64,000 nucleotides of DNA, from assembly GCF_009914755.1 (NCBI RefSeq), contig NC_060939.1; one strand, 5' to 3'. Both the position numbers and the translations under genes were made by a program. Under the pieces are notes generated by a model, which searched no databases, was not told the DNA's origin, and worked only from the letters and a program-made list of their open reading frames with translations. This DNA is from the human T2T-CHM13v2.0 reference genome, Homo sapiens. This document shows, in pieces, positions 43,634-58,470 of this stretch. Positions within the stretch are counted from its first letter, which is position 1, and every line of letters begins with the position of its first letter.

Positions 43634-44500
43634 TCTAGTGTGATGTATTTACGAGGCTTAAACATATGGTTCATTACACAAGGCTGGCACCTCAGAGTAA
43701 AGATTTTTTAAAGTTCACTCTAATAGACTTATTTCTCTATATGCAAGATACAATTTTACCACAGTAAAACACAAGGAAGCATACTGATATACATATATGT
43801 TACAACAGGATAAAAAAAAGCAATATAATTTTCTCCACAAAAGCTTGCAAAATCCTGGCCAAAACACAGTAAAGAGGATGTTAATCTCACAGCTCACGTT
43901 TCTCCACTGAGACCCAGGAAAAACAATGCCAGTTTTTGTACAGTCACAAAACTAAGCACTGTGAGAATTTACAAGATTTGGTTAACTTGTATATTCTCCC
44001 CACCCTGACAGACAAGTCCCAAAGGAGCCTAGCAGTTTTACCCCAACATTTCAATCTCCTCCAACCTCCAAAATAAAACCCTCACTGTCCAATATCTCAA
44101 TTTATATTTTCAAACGTCTAAAATCTTAATCGAAACAAAGAGCAGTGCATTAGCTTTGCCGCCATAGAATGCTTGGTATAATTTTACTTAGGCACATCAC
44201 AGATTGTGCTATTGCCTAAAAACATATGGGTAGAACCAACATTCCTAGAAACCAAACGCATATATTACGAAGGTGAAAGGGAATAGGGAGTGTTGTTTTT
44301 AAACAGATAGAACGCTGTGATTGTCCACTCATAGGTTAGGTGTGATCAAATCACATCGTGCTGTACAGCTAAGTATGTCCTATATTGTATGACAAAGTAG
44401 GGTAACACATTATTTATTGAGGACCTGTTGGGTACACAGAGGCACACCACAAGCTGTAAAAGACTTCATTCTTGCCCTCAAGAAACTTCCAAGTTTGTAG

Positions 44501-44839
44501 ACAGCCTGATAGAAGGTAGTCGAAAGCAAATACTTCAAGCACTAGCCATCACAATTACCTTAGGTATTTACGCTACCCTTCTACGAGTCTCTGAATATTT
44601 CGAGGCCCCCTTTCCTATTTCCCATGGGCTCTATGGCTCAACATTCTTTACAGCCACAGGCTTTCCTGGACTTTACGTTATTATTGAATCAACATTGCTC
44701 ACTATCCGCCTCCTTTGCCAATTAAAATTCCACTTTACATCCAACCACCACTTTGGCTTTGAAGCCACTGCCTGATACTGACGCTCTGTCGATGTACAAT
44801 GACTATTCTTACACGTCTCTGTCTACTGAGGAGGATCCT
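44501..44839 (+). pseudogene. MTCO3P: NUMT: 3' half of mitochondrial COX3
   Basis: Translates [21 protein letters not shown]…[11 protein letters not shown]…[21 protein letters not shown]… when TGA is read as Trp. Confidence 0.95.
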
Positions 44840-44905
44840 ACTCTTTTAACAGAAACAGTGCCATTGACTTCCAATCAACTAGTTTCCATAATATCCAAAA
44901 TATTA
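44840..44905 (+). pseudogene. NUMT: degenerate mitochondrial tRNA-Gly
   Basis: ACTCTTTTA…GACTTCCAATCAACTAGTTT directly after COX3, as in mtDNA gene order; TCC anticodon. Confidence 0.85.
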
Positions 44906-45416
44906 GATAATATTCCATTATACTCCCAAAACAAATAATGAGTGATGTTCTCTCAAATACACGTATAATCAAATGTGACATTGAGAAGATGGGGCGACCT
45001 TTGACTCAGAGATTGTATTCAGGCCTTTGTAGATGCATTTATTTGACATAATTATGCATTTAAAACATAAGTTAAATTGTCATCAGCCTGAAATTATAGG
45101 GGCTTTTGTTGGTGAGAAACCTATTTTATATATAATCGTTTACCCATAGAAATGTTTTTGATTAATGTTATCTGTTAAAGACTTCAGTTCACAATATTTC
45201 CCCTGTTAATAGTATATATGTTTTTGGAGTTGATCTGGAGAATTTGAGGACCACGTTCTAATCGCTATCTGATGCTATTCTGGGAGGACAATTCATTGCC
45301 TTTGGGTTGCTGGGGGTTGGAACTTGAAGGCGGGTCTGAGTCTGGAGACCTTGCCACTGACTTTTGGAAAGTCTGTTGATTCTACCTTTGGAAGTGCCTT
45401 TACATGCCTTATGGAA

Positions 45417-45460
45417 GGCCGGGCATGGTGGCTCACGCCTGTAATCCCAGCACCTCGGGA
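45417..45460 (+). mobile_element. Alu 5' fragment, abruptly truncated
   Basis: GGCCGGGCATGGTGGCTCACGCCTGTAATCCCAGCAC followed by unrelated sequence. Confidence 0.85.
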
Positions 45461-46864
45461 TTATTGATGAATAAATCAATTTGGGAAATGCTTGGTAAAT
45501 TCAACGGGACCTCTCAGAACAATGAATTTATATGGCCACGATGTTGTTTTCTGGTTTGTTTGTTTTTTTGTTTTTGTTTTTTTTGCAAAGAGCATTCGGA
45601 AGACTTTCTAGTACACCAGTTTGGGAACTGTTGGTGGAGGAGTCAGGGTAATTAGGCTTTGGACTATTCCAGGTACAGGTTGTCACTGTATTCAAGGAAT
45701 TGTTCTTAGTCTTTGTATATATCCGAATTAACTATAGCAAATTAACAAGCAGAAATATAAGAATTGGGCCTTGGAGGGAGGGAGAGGGCGAGAGAGAGGG
45801 GTAGATAGAAGTTTCCTATTTTAACTATGGTTCAATTCTAAGCATTCTAAAATTTCATTGGATTCTTTTAACTATGAATTACAAGGGTGTTTAATTTCCA
45901 AGTTCATGAAGCCTTTGGTTAATCTCTTCATTATTAACTTCTAACCTTAACTGCTTCATATTTAAATTATCAATTTTATGGTGTGGATTGTACCAATTGT
46001 TTTTCAATCTTCTGACGTGCTTAATGGATTAATACATAATTAATGTTTCTCCCACAGTCCACATATGCTTGAGAAGAATACAGAATATCTGATTATTGGG
46101 TACAGAGGTCTATATTTGTCCATTACATCACGTCCATTCACGGGTTATTCAAATCTATATATGGGCATTCTGTGTAACTTACTTATGGTAAGCAGGGTAT
46201 GTTGAAATCTCCAAATACAATGGCAGACTCGTCAATTTCTCCCTGTGGTTTTATCAGTTTTTCCTCTGTATTTTGAGTCTATTTTGATAGGTACATAAAA
46301 TATGAAAATTGCTACATCCTCCTAATTAACAGTCAGTTGGCATCAAGCTGTTACTAATGCTTTGTGTTCCAACATCCTATCTTGTTTGAAACTGAAGCTC
46401 CATCAGTTGTTTTGGTTAATGTATACCGGCATATCTTTCTCTCTCTCTCTCCTTTATAAAAACTTTCAATCTTTTCACATCCTCATAGTTTCAATAAGAT
46501 GGATTAGAACAGCTGGATATCGTTTTATTAGTTCCATCTGTCTAACTGGTAACTTTAGTCCATTTACAGTTGTTGTGACTCATTTATGTGGACTTCCTTC
46601 TGTCACCTTTAGAACTTCCATTTCTCTCACTTTCCAATATAATTTTAATATCTCCTCCTGGGATTCCACTAAGACGTATTTTAGACCTCATTCTGATCTC
46701 CCTCTCCCCGCCAACCCCACCAACTTCTGCCCTGTCATTTATCCTCATATCTCTCTGTGTAACATATGGACTTACTTTTTGGAGATAATGGTCTAACCAA
46801 TTAATCCTTTCTTCTGGTGTCTAATCCATCCACTCGGTTTCTTATTTCAACAATTCCATTTTAT

Positions 46865-47195
46865 ATTTCCTTATTTCATTTTATTCTGAGACAGAGTCTC
46901 ACTCTGTCACCCAGGCTGGACTGTAGTGGCACGAACCTGCAGCCCTGGCCTCCTGGGCTCAAGTGATCCTCCCACCTCAGCCTCCTGATTAGCTGGGAGT
47001 ATAGGCAGGTAGGTGCCCCATACACAGCTTTTTTCTTCTTCTTCTTTTTTTTTTGGTGGTGGTGGGGTATTTTTTGGAGAAACGAGTTCTCACCATGCTG
47101 CCCAGGCTTGTCTCCAACTCCTGGGCTTATGCCATCCTCCCGCCTCAGCCTCTCAAAAAGTGCTGAGATTACAGGTGTGAGACACCATACCCAGC
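46865..47195 (-). mobile_element. Alu (AluJ-like)
   Basis: Antisense Alu dimer. Confidence 0.9.
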
Positions 47196-50144
47196 TATAT
47201 ATTTTATTTCTGTAAGTTCTATTTCATCCATTTTCCTTTCACGTCTTCCTCATCATTCCTGGTGGTCTTACTGCTCCTGCTCGCTCAATTTTATGAGTCC
47301 ATCTTTTTCTTATATAATACATTTATTTCACATGTAACTATTTTCTCACAATTCTAATATTTGAAGTCTGTATTCTGTATCTGATAATTCCAAAACCTAC
47401 AGTCTTTGGAAAACATTCATTGTTTCTGATAATTCTCAAATATATTGGGTTCACTACTTGAATGCTATGATTTCACTGAATTCATAGTTGCCTGCTTTTA
47501 ATCTTTGGGAATCCTACAGGCTTAAGTTAGAGATGGTTTCCTAGAAAAAGTATCTGTGCGTGCTTCTGATGAGAGCTGTGGGGACAACTAACAAGAGACC
47601 CCTTTACCACCGTCCGTAATCCTGATATTCTCTTGGATTCTCCTGGAGAATGTCAGGATTACACAAGGTTCTCAAATTTGGCTCCCCAACCTTGCTCATT
47701 TATATACAGAAGACTAGACTGCTTAGTATAGGTGATGACTCACTTCCTCCTACCCTGGAAAAAACAAAACAGATCTCTCATCTGAATGTGATCACAGACT
47801 AGGAAATTCTGAAGGTGAATAACTGGAGGCTGTAGGCAGCAGGGAAAGACAGGTGTCTTTCCTGACCATAGAAATAGGTCACAAGCTGCCCTAAAGGCTG
47901 TGTGCTCCACCAGGATTTCACTATTTAGCTCAACCAGCAGTCCCTCTGTAAGAGTGAACGGAAGCTTCTTAGAGCACCACGCTGCCTTTAAACCACAAAT
48001 TCTTGCTGAAAGTCATGGTCATGGTAAAAAACCTATGGCTTTGCAAGGCTTTCTTGGTAATGTCCTAGAATTAAGGTTAAGCCTGCGTTTCATGGTAACT
48101 GAACAGGAAACCAGCCTGACCAACATCCTTCTCCCCAATGGCTTGCTCTCAGCTCCTCTTGCTTGGGCCTTGGGCAGCCAGACGGTCTGGTTTTAATCCT
48201 TGCTCTGCCACCTGTGACCTTGGACAAGTTACCTACCTTCAGTTACCTCATCCACAAGATGCAGATATTAGTAATACCCTCTTTTTAAGTTATTAAGAGG
48301 ATTGAAAGAGTTAATAAAAAGTAAAAAAAAGACTTGGTAAGCATAGGCACAGAGGCGGGAAAAAAGCAATAATAAAGAAATGATACTTCTATATTTTCTA
48401 TAGATCATCTTTGTAACAAGAAGAAAACAAACCAAATGAAAATGAAACAAATTCTCTCAAAAAGAATTAAGTCAAGACAGGCAGAAGGCTCACAAAGTAA
48501 TATAAAATATATCTTATGGTTTATGGAAAATTCTTAATAAAATACCTTCTTTGCTCCAAGCTGCACTCTGGCTTTGCCTTTGAGTCACGTGGCATTTCTT
48601 TGTACGATGACCGGTTCTGTCGAGTAGGCACTGCTTCAGCCCTACAGGAAGGAAAAAACATCTCTAGAAAACAGCAGCATTCCTGATTCCCACTTGAGGA
48701 GGCCTAACAAAACGGCATATGCCTCAACAGCAGCACATCAGTGTTAAAAAGTCTGGAGTCAAGGGGAAAAAGTAAAATTGGACCATTTCCAGAATCTCAC
48801 CAAAAACAACAAACGGATGTTGCAAGTGGCCTACATGAGCAAATTAGAACCTTAAATAAAGGTCACTCTTAATGCCTATCCCAGCATAGATGCAGCACCA
48901 AGTACAGTGTCATTTTACTGGTTTACCTTTTTCATTCTTGAAAGTAGGAGCTATGAAAAAAAAACACTAAAATTTCTTGAAGAGAACCTTCTACTTACAA
49001 CCTAACTTACGTAATCGAAACACTCTATTGAGGGTGAAAATTGAGTATTATAAGAAAATAATCACCTGTTTTGTGAGAAGTTCAGTACGTAATGCTCCTC
49101 CACACAATACATACCTTAGAAAGAAAAAAGGAAACATACAAAACTATCTCGAGAATTATTCCTGCTTAAACAATTTCTACATGCCATTACTAAGAAAGTA
49201 TGCACACAGTAAACATGAGAAGAGAACATGCAAGCATGAACATACTTGTTAGGGATACAGGACTATGGGTAACTTAAAAACTCTGTTGGTATTACTCTCA
49301 TGTAATTGCTCTGAAATTCTAGTCAACTATTTGCAATGGCTCTTAGAACAGAATACTTTGAATTTTTATGATATCAAAAACTAAGAACTTAGCCAAGTAT
49401 TCCCAAGAATAGGAATAGTAAGCATACTTAGTAAGTATTCCAAAGAATAGGGGCAGAAGAACGCATTTCTTTAAAGCACTACCTCAGAATTCAATTTAGT
49501 AATTCCGATGCTGCCTGTAACATCAGAAAACAACTTCCTTAAAAACATAGCAAGTTGGATTTACCAAGTTGCTGACCAGGTCGCATTCCCTCCTGCCCTC
49601 AATCCCATCTTTGTGTTATACTTTATCTCCAGTACCATTTTGCTTAGTATTCATGGTGCTCAAGTTGTCACTGTGGACATCAGAGCCTATAAATATATAT
49701 TGTTCTGGCTCCTTCCTGTACATCTTTCCAAGTCATACCTGCTATTCTCCAAAGTCTGTGAATCCCGACACTAATAACTTGGAAATTCAGTTTAAGGTCC
49801 TCTTCAGAAGGTCAGTTAGCTCAAGGCATCACATTTTTCTCAGGACTCTTAAGAAATACTCCAACCACAGAAAAAGGCCCTTCTTTCTGGTATCAGGAGC
49901 CATTGGCCACAAACACAAATCCAATAGAGTTTCAGCCATTTACCTCCCACATCGTCCCTTCCCTGAAGTTCTAGCTAAAGCAGGAAAAAATAATGAAAAC
50001 ACCACCTGCAGTCACGAATCCTCCAGTTTCCTGGCCAAGATTTCGTATTTCCTTCAAGATACCTCCCAAAGAGGACATGACGAGGGAGGGGCACACAGGG
50101 TGCTACAGGTACTGATAAGGTTTTATTTCTTTTATATATATGTA

Positions 50145-50437
50145 TTTTTTGAGACGGAGTTTCTCTCGTCACCAAGGCTGGAGTGCAATGGCACAATCTC
50201 GGCCCACTGCAACCCCTGCCTCCTGGGTTCAAGTGATTCTCCCAGCTCAGCCTCCCACGAAGCGGGGGTTACATTACAGGCGCCCGCCACCATGCCTGGC
50301 TAATATTTTTGTATTTTTAGTAGAGAAGGGGTTTCACCATGTTGGCCAGCCTGCTCTTCAACTCCTGACCTCAGGTGATCTGCCTGCCTTGGCCTCCCAA
50401 AGTGCTAGGATTATAGGCATGAGCCACCACGCCCAGC
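50145..50437 (-). mobile_element. Alu (AluS-like)
   Basis: Antisense dimer. Confidence 0.95.
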
Positions 50438-52454
50438 CAAAGGTTCTATTTCTTAAGTTTGGTGTTGGGCATATGGATGTATGATTTAATGTTTTAAAAA
50501 AGGAAGATACCTTCCTAGTTTTTTTGTGTTTTGTTTTTTTTGTTTTAGGCCTGCGTGCTTTATTCGTTACCCCGTATGAATCCATAAAGAAGTAGCCATT
50601 AGCAAATTCAGGCAATACATACCGGATTCATACTTCAGGAAGACAACCCAGTTGACAACGACAACAGTTTCTATATAACAAAAGTGAGAGAAAATACTGA
50701 CATTAGGGTCATATCAAGAAAGTTCAATCATAAGATATATCCACAAGCAAAAATATACACACAAAAAGCTAAGTACGAAGCTTTTAGAAAACTACTACCA
50801 TCCTTAGAGTAAGTACAAGAAAGTATTCTTTTATGTCTGTTTTTTTCATCAAAATACCGCATATAGCCATAGATTTTAAACCATTACATCTTATCTAGAT
50901 TCCATTAACATTTCTTCTAGATCACTAACATTTCTTCTAGATTCCATCGTTATTCCTTTGTAACCTTTATTTTCAGTATCTTAAAAATACTTTATTAAAT
51001 ATAACACATACATTCAGAAAGTTACATAAAATATACCTGAAGGTATACCTTAACAAGTTATTGTAAATTATTTGCCCATGTAACCACCAACCTGGTCCTG
51101 AAATATATTCCAGCCAGTATCCAAGAAGCCCACAGATGTCCCTTTCAGGTCACACATCCCTACCTCCCACCTGGATGGACTCCTTCCCCTAACCTCTATG
51201 TGATCACCTCTTTGTTCTTAATAGTTTTACTGCCCAAGTATGAATCCAGAAATAAGTGTTTCTCTGTTTTCTTTTCACTTTTGTCCCCCTAAGAAGCCTT
51301 TTTAGAAGTTTTCTTCCTAATTCTATCCCCACTCCCCATGGAATTTTAACACCACAGATATACTGTATGTCGGTTTATGTTATACGGCCCTTTGGAGGGC
51401 AGCAGACCATTATAATAGGTAAGATTTTCTTTCACTCTAAGGACCAATTTTCACTCCACTGCAGGCGATATTGCCTCCACTAAGAATGTATGCCCTAACC
51501 AACATTAGTTTTCCCTATTGTTGAACTCTATATAGAGGAAATTGTACAAAATAGGTTTTGGGGCTCTGGTCTCTTTCGCTTAACATAGTGTTCAAGGTTC
51601 GTCCATCTTTCCCACATAGCTGTAAGCCATTTTATGAATACCACAATTCTTCATTTTCTTGGAATGAACACCTGGGTTACTTTCTGTTTGGGGTTATGAT
51701 AAATGATGCTACTCTGAACATTCCGGTGTCTCCTGGTGCCTATGTACTCATTTCTTGTGGAGTATATATCCACAAGATTCCTGAACCATAGTGTATGAGT
51801 ATCTTCCACTTTACCAAATTGTTTTCCAAAACACTTGTACAAATATACACTCCCATTAGAAAAACAGAGTCCCGTAACAATTTTATTACCTTAAAAGATA
51901 AGTTAAGCAAAGTATCTCCTATGCCTTCTTTTTCTTTTAAGATCTGAAGATCACTGTGCAAAGGACTAGCAGGGTCAACCCGAAGAATCACAAAACAAAA
52001 AACAGTTCAAACAAAAAGATATTTTTTTTTCAACTAACTCAAAAATGAACCAATCTGAAAGCTAAAATAGAGCACCTAGGCTAAGTTCAAGAAAGAGAAG
52101 ATCTTAAGCTGCTCTATATCCTCAGGAAAAACAGAGGTCACTATAGCTTCCAGCTCCTTTAGAATGAATGTCCAAAAGAGATCATAATAGCCTAAATCTA
52201 ATCTAATAAGGGGGTTCAGAGTTTGCAGTCATTCTAAAGGAAAACAGTCACATGTATATAATTTTCTCAAGAATTCAAAAGAAGTTTAATATGCTTTCCT
52301 AAACTTGTATTATTAGTCAAGCAGTTCAAGGAGAACAATTTGCCATGGACGGAACTATGAAAAGTTAAATCACTAAAAAATCGGTATTTTTCCACAACTG
52401 TCCTATATATAGATTTCTAATATGACTCCCATCCCCCACTCCCTTTTCGTTTGT

Positions 52455-52625
52455 TTGTTTGTTTGTTTGTTTTAAGAGACAAGGTGTCTCGCTCTCTCAC
52501 CCAGGGTGGAATATAATGGTGCAATCACAGCTCATGTGCAGCCTTAACGTCTCCAAGCTCAAAAGATCTTCCTGCCTCAGCCTCCCACCATCCATAGTAG
52601 CTTGTACTACAGGTGTACTACACCG
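52455..52625 (-). mobile_element. Alu fragment (right arm)
   Basis: (TTTG)n tail plus antisense arm. Confidence 0.8.
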
Positions 52626-54399
52626 ACGTATTTTAAAAGTAATAACATAACTACATCTACAATAAGAGTTAATTATATTGCTTTCAAAACTGGGGGAAAA
52701 GTCATAAAAATCAACTTGGCAATCATTCTCTGTATAATGAAATATATTACTCTTGTTTACTTTCCAACCAATATTATTCAAGCTTGAGCTTTTTCCTAGA
52801 AGATAAAAATCAAGCAAGAGTTCACTCTATCAAGAAAATGACAAAAAAATTTCGATGGACCTATAAAAACATTTCCAACACTCAACATTTCAAGAAGTAA
52901 AAAAAAAAAAAAAAAAGTCCAATTAAATGAAGCATTATGAAGTTTCAAGAGAATATAAAACTAGACACAAGTCTGGTTCGTTTCCTATTTCTTATCATCT
53001 GAAAAACTCTAGCCAACATGTTCAGACCACCATGGACTCCATGATAGCACAGAATTTAGTATGAGTCTATTCCAAACCCCAGCAATTTTTGAAAATGCTA
53101 GAAGACACTCAAGGTGACACATTACTGACTAAGAGAGACTTCCATTCATAAGACTACAAGCAAGAATATTACACAGATGGTCTAGTTCACACATTGACAC
53201 ACTGAGAAACACGTGTACCTACATGCAACTGGTTTCAGTTTTTCAGTGTGGGGACTTCTCTAAAGATGAAAACACATCGATATCTTATCCTAAGACTAAG
53301 TAGAAATGGAACTACTTTTTAGTCATGTGAAACTAAAGGTTTTAAAGACTGCACTATACTTTGAAAAAGAAAAAAAATCAAGTTTACGAAGATCTCACTT
53401 CCTAGATATGTAACCATGACCTCATTTCCTATCTATAAAATATGAGAAGTTTCTCCTATCTCTAAACTATGAAGAGCACCTATTTCACACAGCGGCTATG
53501 AAGACTAAATGAGCGCATCTATAAAGTATAAAGTACTTAACATAGTATCGGTCATGCAAAAGTGTTCAATAATTTATACTTGTTTTGAAGATAACTCAAA
53601 CTGGAATCGATCACAAGACACGGAAAGTACAGTAACATTATTTCAAATGCTACAAACTCAGTTTTTTAAATAAGATATGAGAAATGGACTAAATTTCTTT
53701 CCTCTGGGAAAAATTACTAATTAAATTAATATATAACTAAGACTGAAGGAGGGAGAGTAATCTATCTGGTTTCAACACTTGGCATCTACTTGCCTAACAA
53801 TTCATTCCCTGTTTTGGAGAACCTGTGCCCAAGACAAAGTAACTGGTCCTCGGCTTTCATGGAGTTGGTAAATAGCTCTAATACAAGGCAGGAAGTAGTA
53901 AGTGTTCAGACAATCATCTGACGTTTCCCTACTCTGTCTGAGCATTTCATGTATACACACACATCATTCTCATTGATTTTTCACAGCAGTCATCCAAAAG
54001 GTATGTACTATCTATCCATACTTTAGAGTTGAGCAAAGTGAAACCAAAAAAGGTGTGTTTGTCACCACACTCAGTGTTCCTTTCACATCCTGCCACTTCA
54101 CATAAAAGAGATGTTAAGTCAAAAGAGAAGAATTAGTTTTGATTTGGTCAGAGCAGGATGGACCAAAGTCACCTTCACGAAGGAGAAATAATTTGAGTTG
54201 TGTTTTGTAGGAGAGAATGAATGTGAATATACAGATGCCACAGAAGGAAAGTAAGCAGAGAAAACAGCATAAACAGGCTGGAAAGGGGCATATACAGGGA
54301 TCAGCAGGTGGTTCCAGGATGTGAACAGCAGATGAACAGGGTAAAAAGTGGCTGTTCATAGATGAGAAAGATAACCTTGGGCAAGAGAACATATGACCG

Positions 54400-54690
<291 letters not shown>

Positions 54691-55239
54691 ATAAACATGT
54701 GACTGAATCTACCACTAAGGCAGGAATGGAGGAGAGCAGCTGAGATTGGCATGTTCATGAATTGCCTGGGATTAACTATAATTACTTAAACAAAAATCCA
54801 GGCTCTAGCTATTTATACACACTTACGCAGTTAAATGCTCTTGTCTTTCAGTCTTCCTAATTTCTCTAATATTGCCAAATTTTCTTTTTCAATTCCTTCA
54901 TCCTCCAACTTTTTCCCACTAATGGGCTCTGCTTTCATCTCGTAGTGATCTAAGTCTTCTATATCCTGCAAAAAGAAGAAAAATGTTAGCTTATTCAACC
55001 TATTTTTCTTCAGCAGTTTCTTATGCCAAAAGTTAAATTATTCTTGACTCAATGGGGGACAAGAAACAGAATATATCTATCCTACGGGGAGAGAGGAAAA
55101 GCCCCCACATTCCATTCAAGAGGCTCCCACCTTCTATATCCTACATTTTATTTAAAAGCTACACTCTGGGTAAAGCAGATTTCAAAGCTTTACAAAGTCA
55201 TAACTATTAAGAAATAAGCCATCATTTATTTATTTACTT

Positions 55240-55455
55240 CTTTAATTTTTATTTCCTTTTTTAAAACAGAGTCTCACTCTGTCACCCAGGTGGGCGTATA
55301 CAGGGGTGATCTCTGCTCACTACAAACTCTGCCTCCCAGGTTCAAGTGATTCTCATGCCTCAGTCTCCTGAGTAGCTGGGATTTCAGACACCCATCACCA
55401 CGCCCAGCTAATTTGTGTATATTTTTAGTAGAGACAGGGTTGCACCATGTTAGTA
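55240..55455 (-). mobile_element. Alu truncated inside its left arm
   Basis: Ends at …GGGTTGCACCATGTTAG and then switches to unrelated sequence. Confidence 0.9.
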
Positions 55456-56112
55456 CCAGCCTATCTGGGGCTTTATAAAGTTAAGAAAAGAGCCTGTATG
55501 CATGCTGAAGGCTGTGTGACCACAGGGCTTTTAAAGGATGCTTCTGTGTTCCCACAGTTAGGTGGGAGCTCTTGGAAGGATCTCTTTTATCCCAGTGCTC
55601 TTGCTAAGAATGGAAAGCCCCTCTGCATAACTGCAGCAGCTGGTGCCATCCTCTGTTCACTTGCATCAGAGCCTGGGAGGTTGTGGTCTGCAAAGCTCAC
55701 CTCTCATAATGGGACGCCAATCAATAGTATCCGAAGTTGATATACCCAGAAAGAGAGTTCAAAAATTATTTAGAGAGGTGGAAAATAATCACCAGTAGAA
55801 TTAAAATCAGAAACGACAAAGTTGGCCAGCGGAGTGGGGAAGTCCAGATTGGGGAATGTGATGTTTCATTATAAGGTCTTTCAGCATTTGCTTACTTTGG
55901 TCTGAGTGAAAGAATTGTCTCATTTTTTTGAGGGCCATGTACAGCAAAGGACTCACCATCTGTCAGACACACTGGTCAGTTCTGGCAAGGCAGAGTTGGA
56001 GGTTCCTGTCCTCAGGTGGGTGGGCAGGGACGGCAGCTTGCCGTAAGGTATCCAACAGCACCAGCGGCAGGAAATGAAAAGTGCTCAGTGATTGGTGGGA
56101 TAGTGGTGTCTA

Positions 56113-56529
<417 letters not shown>

Positions 56530-58019
56530 TCAGCAACTTTCAAGGTCTTGTGTCACAAGAATGAAGATCCGAGTATTTCCCACCTGTGGAGGGGGCTGGT
56601 GAAGGAGTTTTCAGTCCCGGGCACCCTGGGCTGTGCTGAAAGCCTCTGCGTCACACTGCGTGAGTTAGTTGGGAAAGAGAGCTCCCACTGTTCTCTTTTA
56701 ACCCTTGTCCTTTTGTACCACAGCAATTGCTTTCCTGGAGATCAGAACCGTGGCTGGGTTTAACATCATCTTTGGAAATCCTAAAAGGCAATGAAGCAAT
56801 TTTTCTCTTTTCATTTATATATTTTTTTGATACAGCTGTGTCAGTTTGAAATTTTACTTTCGTATCAGTTCTAATAGTGTGTCTGCTTGACATAGTTTCT
56901 ATTAAATGGGCTTGATATGAAGTTACTTAAAAATTCAAGTATTTAGAGTTTCAGGGCCCATCGTCTTGATTTTTGGGGCAATACCTCAATTTCATACTGT
57001 GTTATTCTTTTCCAGAGAGATGGGTCACTGAATAACTTACATTTTATGATTGTTTTATGAGAAACTATTTCTGGTTACAAATGGTAAACATCTAGGTTTT
57101 GCAGTAAGAAATAATGGATTATGTTAGAAAAAAAGAACCATAAGAAGATGTGTTTTTAATTTTGACTTCCTGTAAGTACCTTCTGGAGCAGAAGGTTTTC
57201 TCTTTGTGGATTCTGCATCTTGGATTTGGGGACTCTGTTGCACTGAGCTGTGCTCTGTGGGGAGGAGCCTGTGGCAGAACAGTTTGGGTTCTGCTGGCCG
57301 CCTTTCCCTCTATTCACGGAGTCTGGGTCCCAGAGAAAGATGACAGCAGTTAGGTCTTGTTGGGAAAAAAACGCGGCTACCAACCCTGGACCATTTTGCT
57401 TCCCCTGAACAAATAAGATAGTCATTTGCCTACTTTTGGGGACGGTGCCTGTGCTTTGCACAGGACGAGGTGGCAGCTGGCTTGCCTGCTGGCCTGCTTC
57501 CTGGAGATAGGATGCTCAGACCCACCGCTGCTCTTCAGGGGTCGTGGAAGGAATTAATGCACTTCCTTCTGTCCCCCAATCTCTGTCCCTTTACGTGTCT
57601 CTGGAGCTGAGCAGGTATTCTTTTTCTTTCTTCATCTCAGTAGAGCTGTTAAATTAAATAGATGTTGCTTAAGCCATTCAGAAAGGTTTCACATTTTAAA
57701 AAACAAAAGGTAGCTGCTGCCATGATTCCTTTGCCCACCGCTACACCGTGTCGTTGTAGGACAGTCCCCACTTGGCTGTGCTGAGCCTGTCTGGAAGTGT
57801 TTCTGATTCTAATCAGAAGTGGAACAGTTTCAGTGCAGACTATAGGTTCATGTTAGTGATGAACTTGGGTGGAGATGGGGACACAGCTTGTTCTTTCCTC
57901 CTGGACTCTCATCCAGGGTCCTGAGCTGCCAGGGGCCTGGCCACTCTCACCCTGAGCCCTGCCCTGGCTGAGCTGATCACCGCTGCATGTCCCAGGCTGC
58001 CGGTCTGCCTGTCACCTGC

Positions 58020-58470
58020 AGTGCACATGTGTGCATGTGTGTGCATACGTACATGCACCACACACATACCATGCCCACCTCATACACACCACACACATAC
58101 CCCATACACACCACACACCAACCACACACATTACACACACTGCATACATATCACACACCACAAACACTACACCACGCACACAAAACATACATACACGCTC
58201 AAGCCTTCCACACTACATTACACTCCACACACACCACACATCACACTCCACACACACCACACGCACATATCACATTCACATCACACCACACCACATACCA
58301 CACACCATACACAGTACACTCCACACACCACACCCTCCAGGACGTCCCACCACCATACACACACAAACACCACACACCCACACCATACTACACATTTACC
58401 ACATACACACCACACACACTGTATCTCATGAACACACCACACACCCCCGCCACACACATTTGCATGCAAA
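58020..58470. repeat. Degenerate CA-rich low-complexity repeat
   Basis: Seen directly; produces spurious His/Thr-rich ORFs. Confidence 0.95.

Noticed and set aside
49569-50484. 244-aa and 114-aa ORFs
   Set aside because: They run into antisense Alu sequence and show no coding signature.
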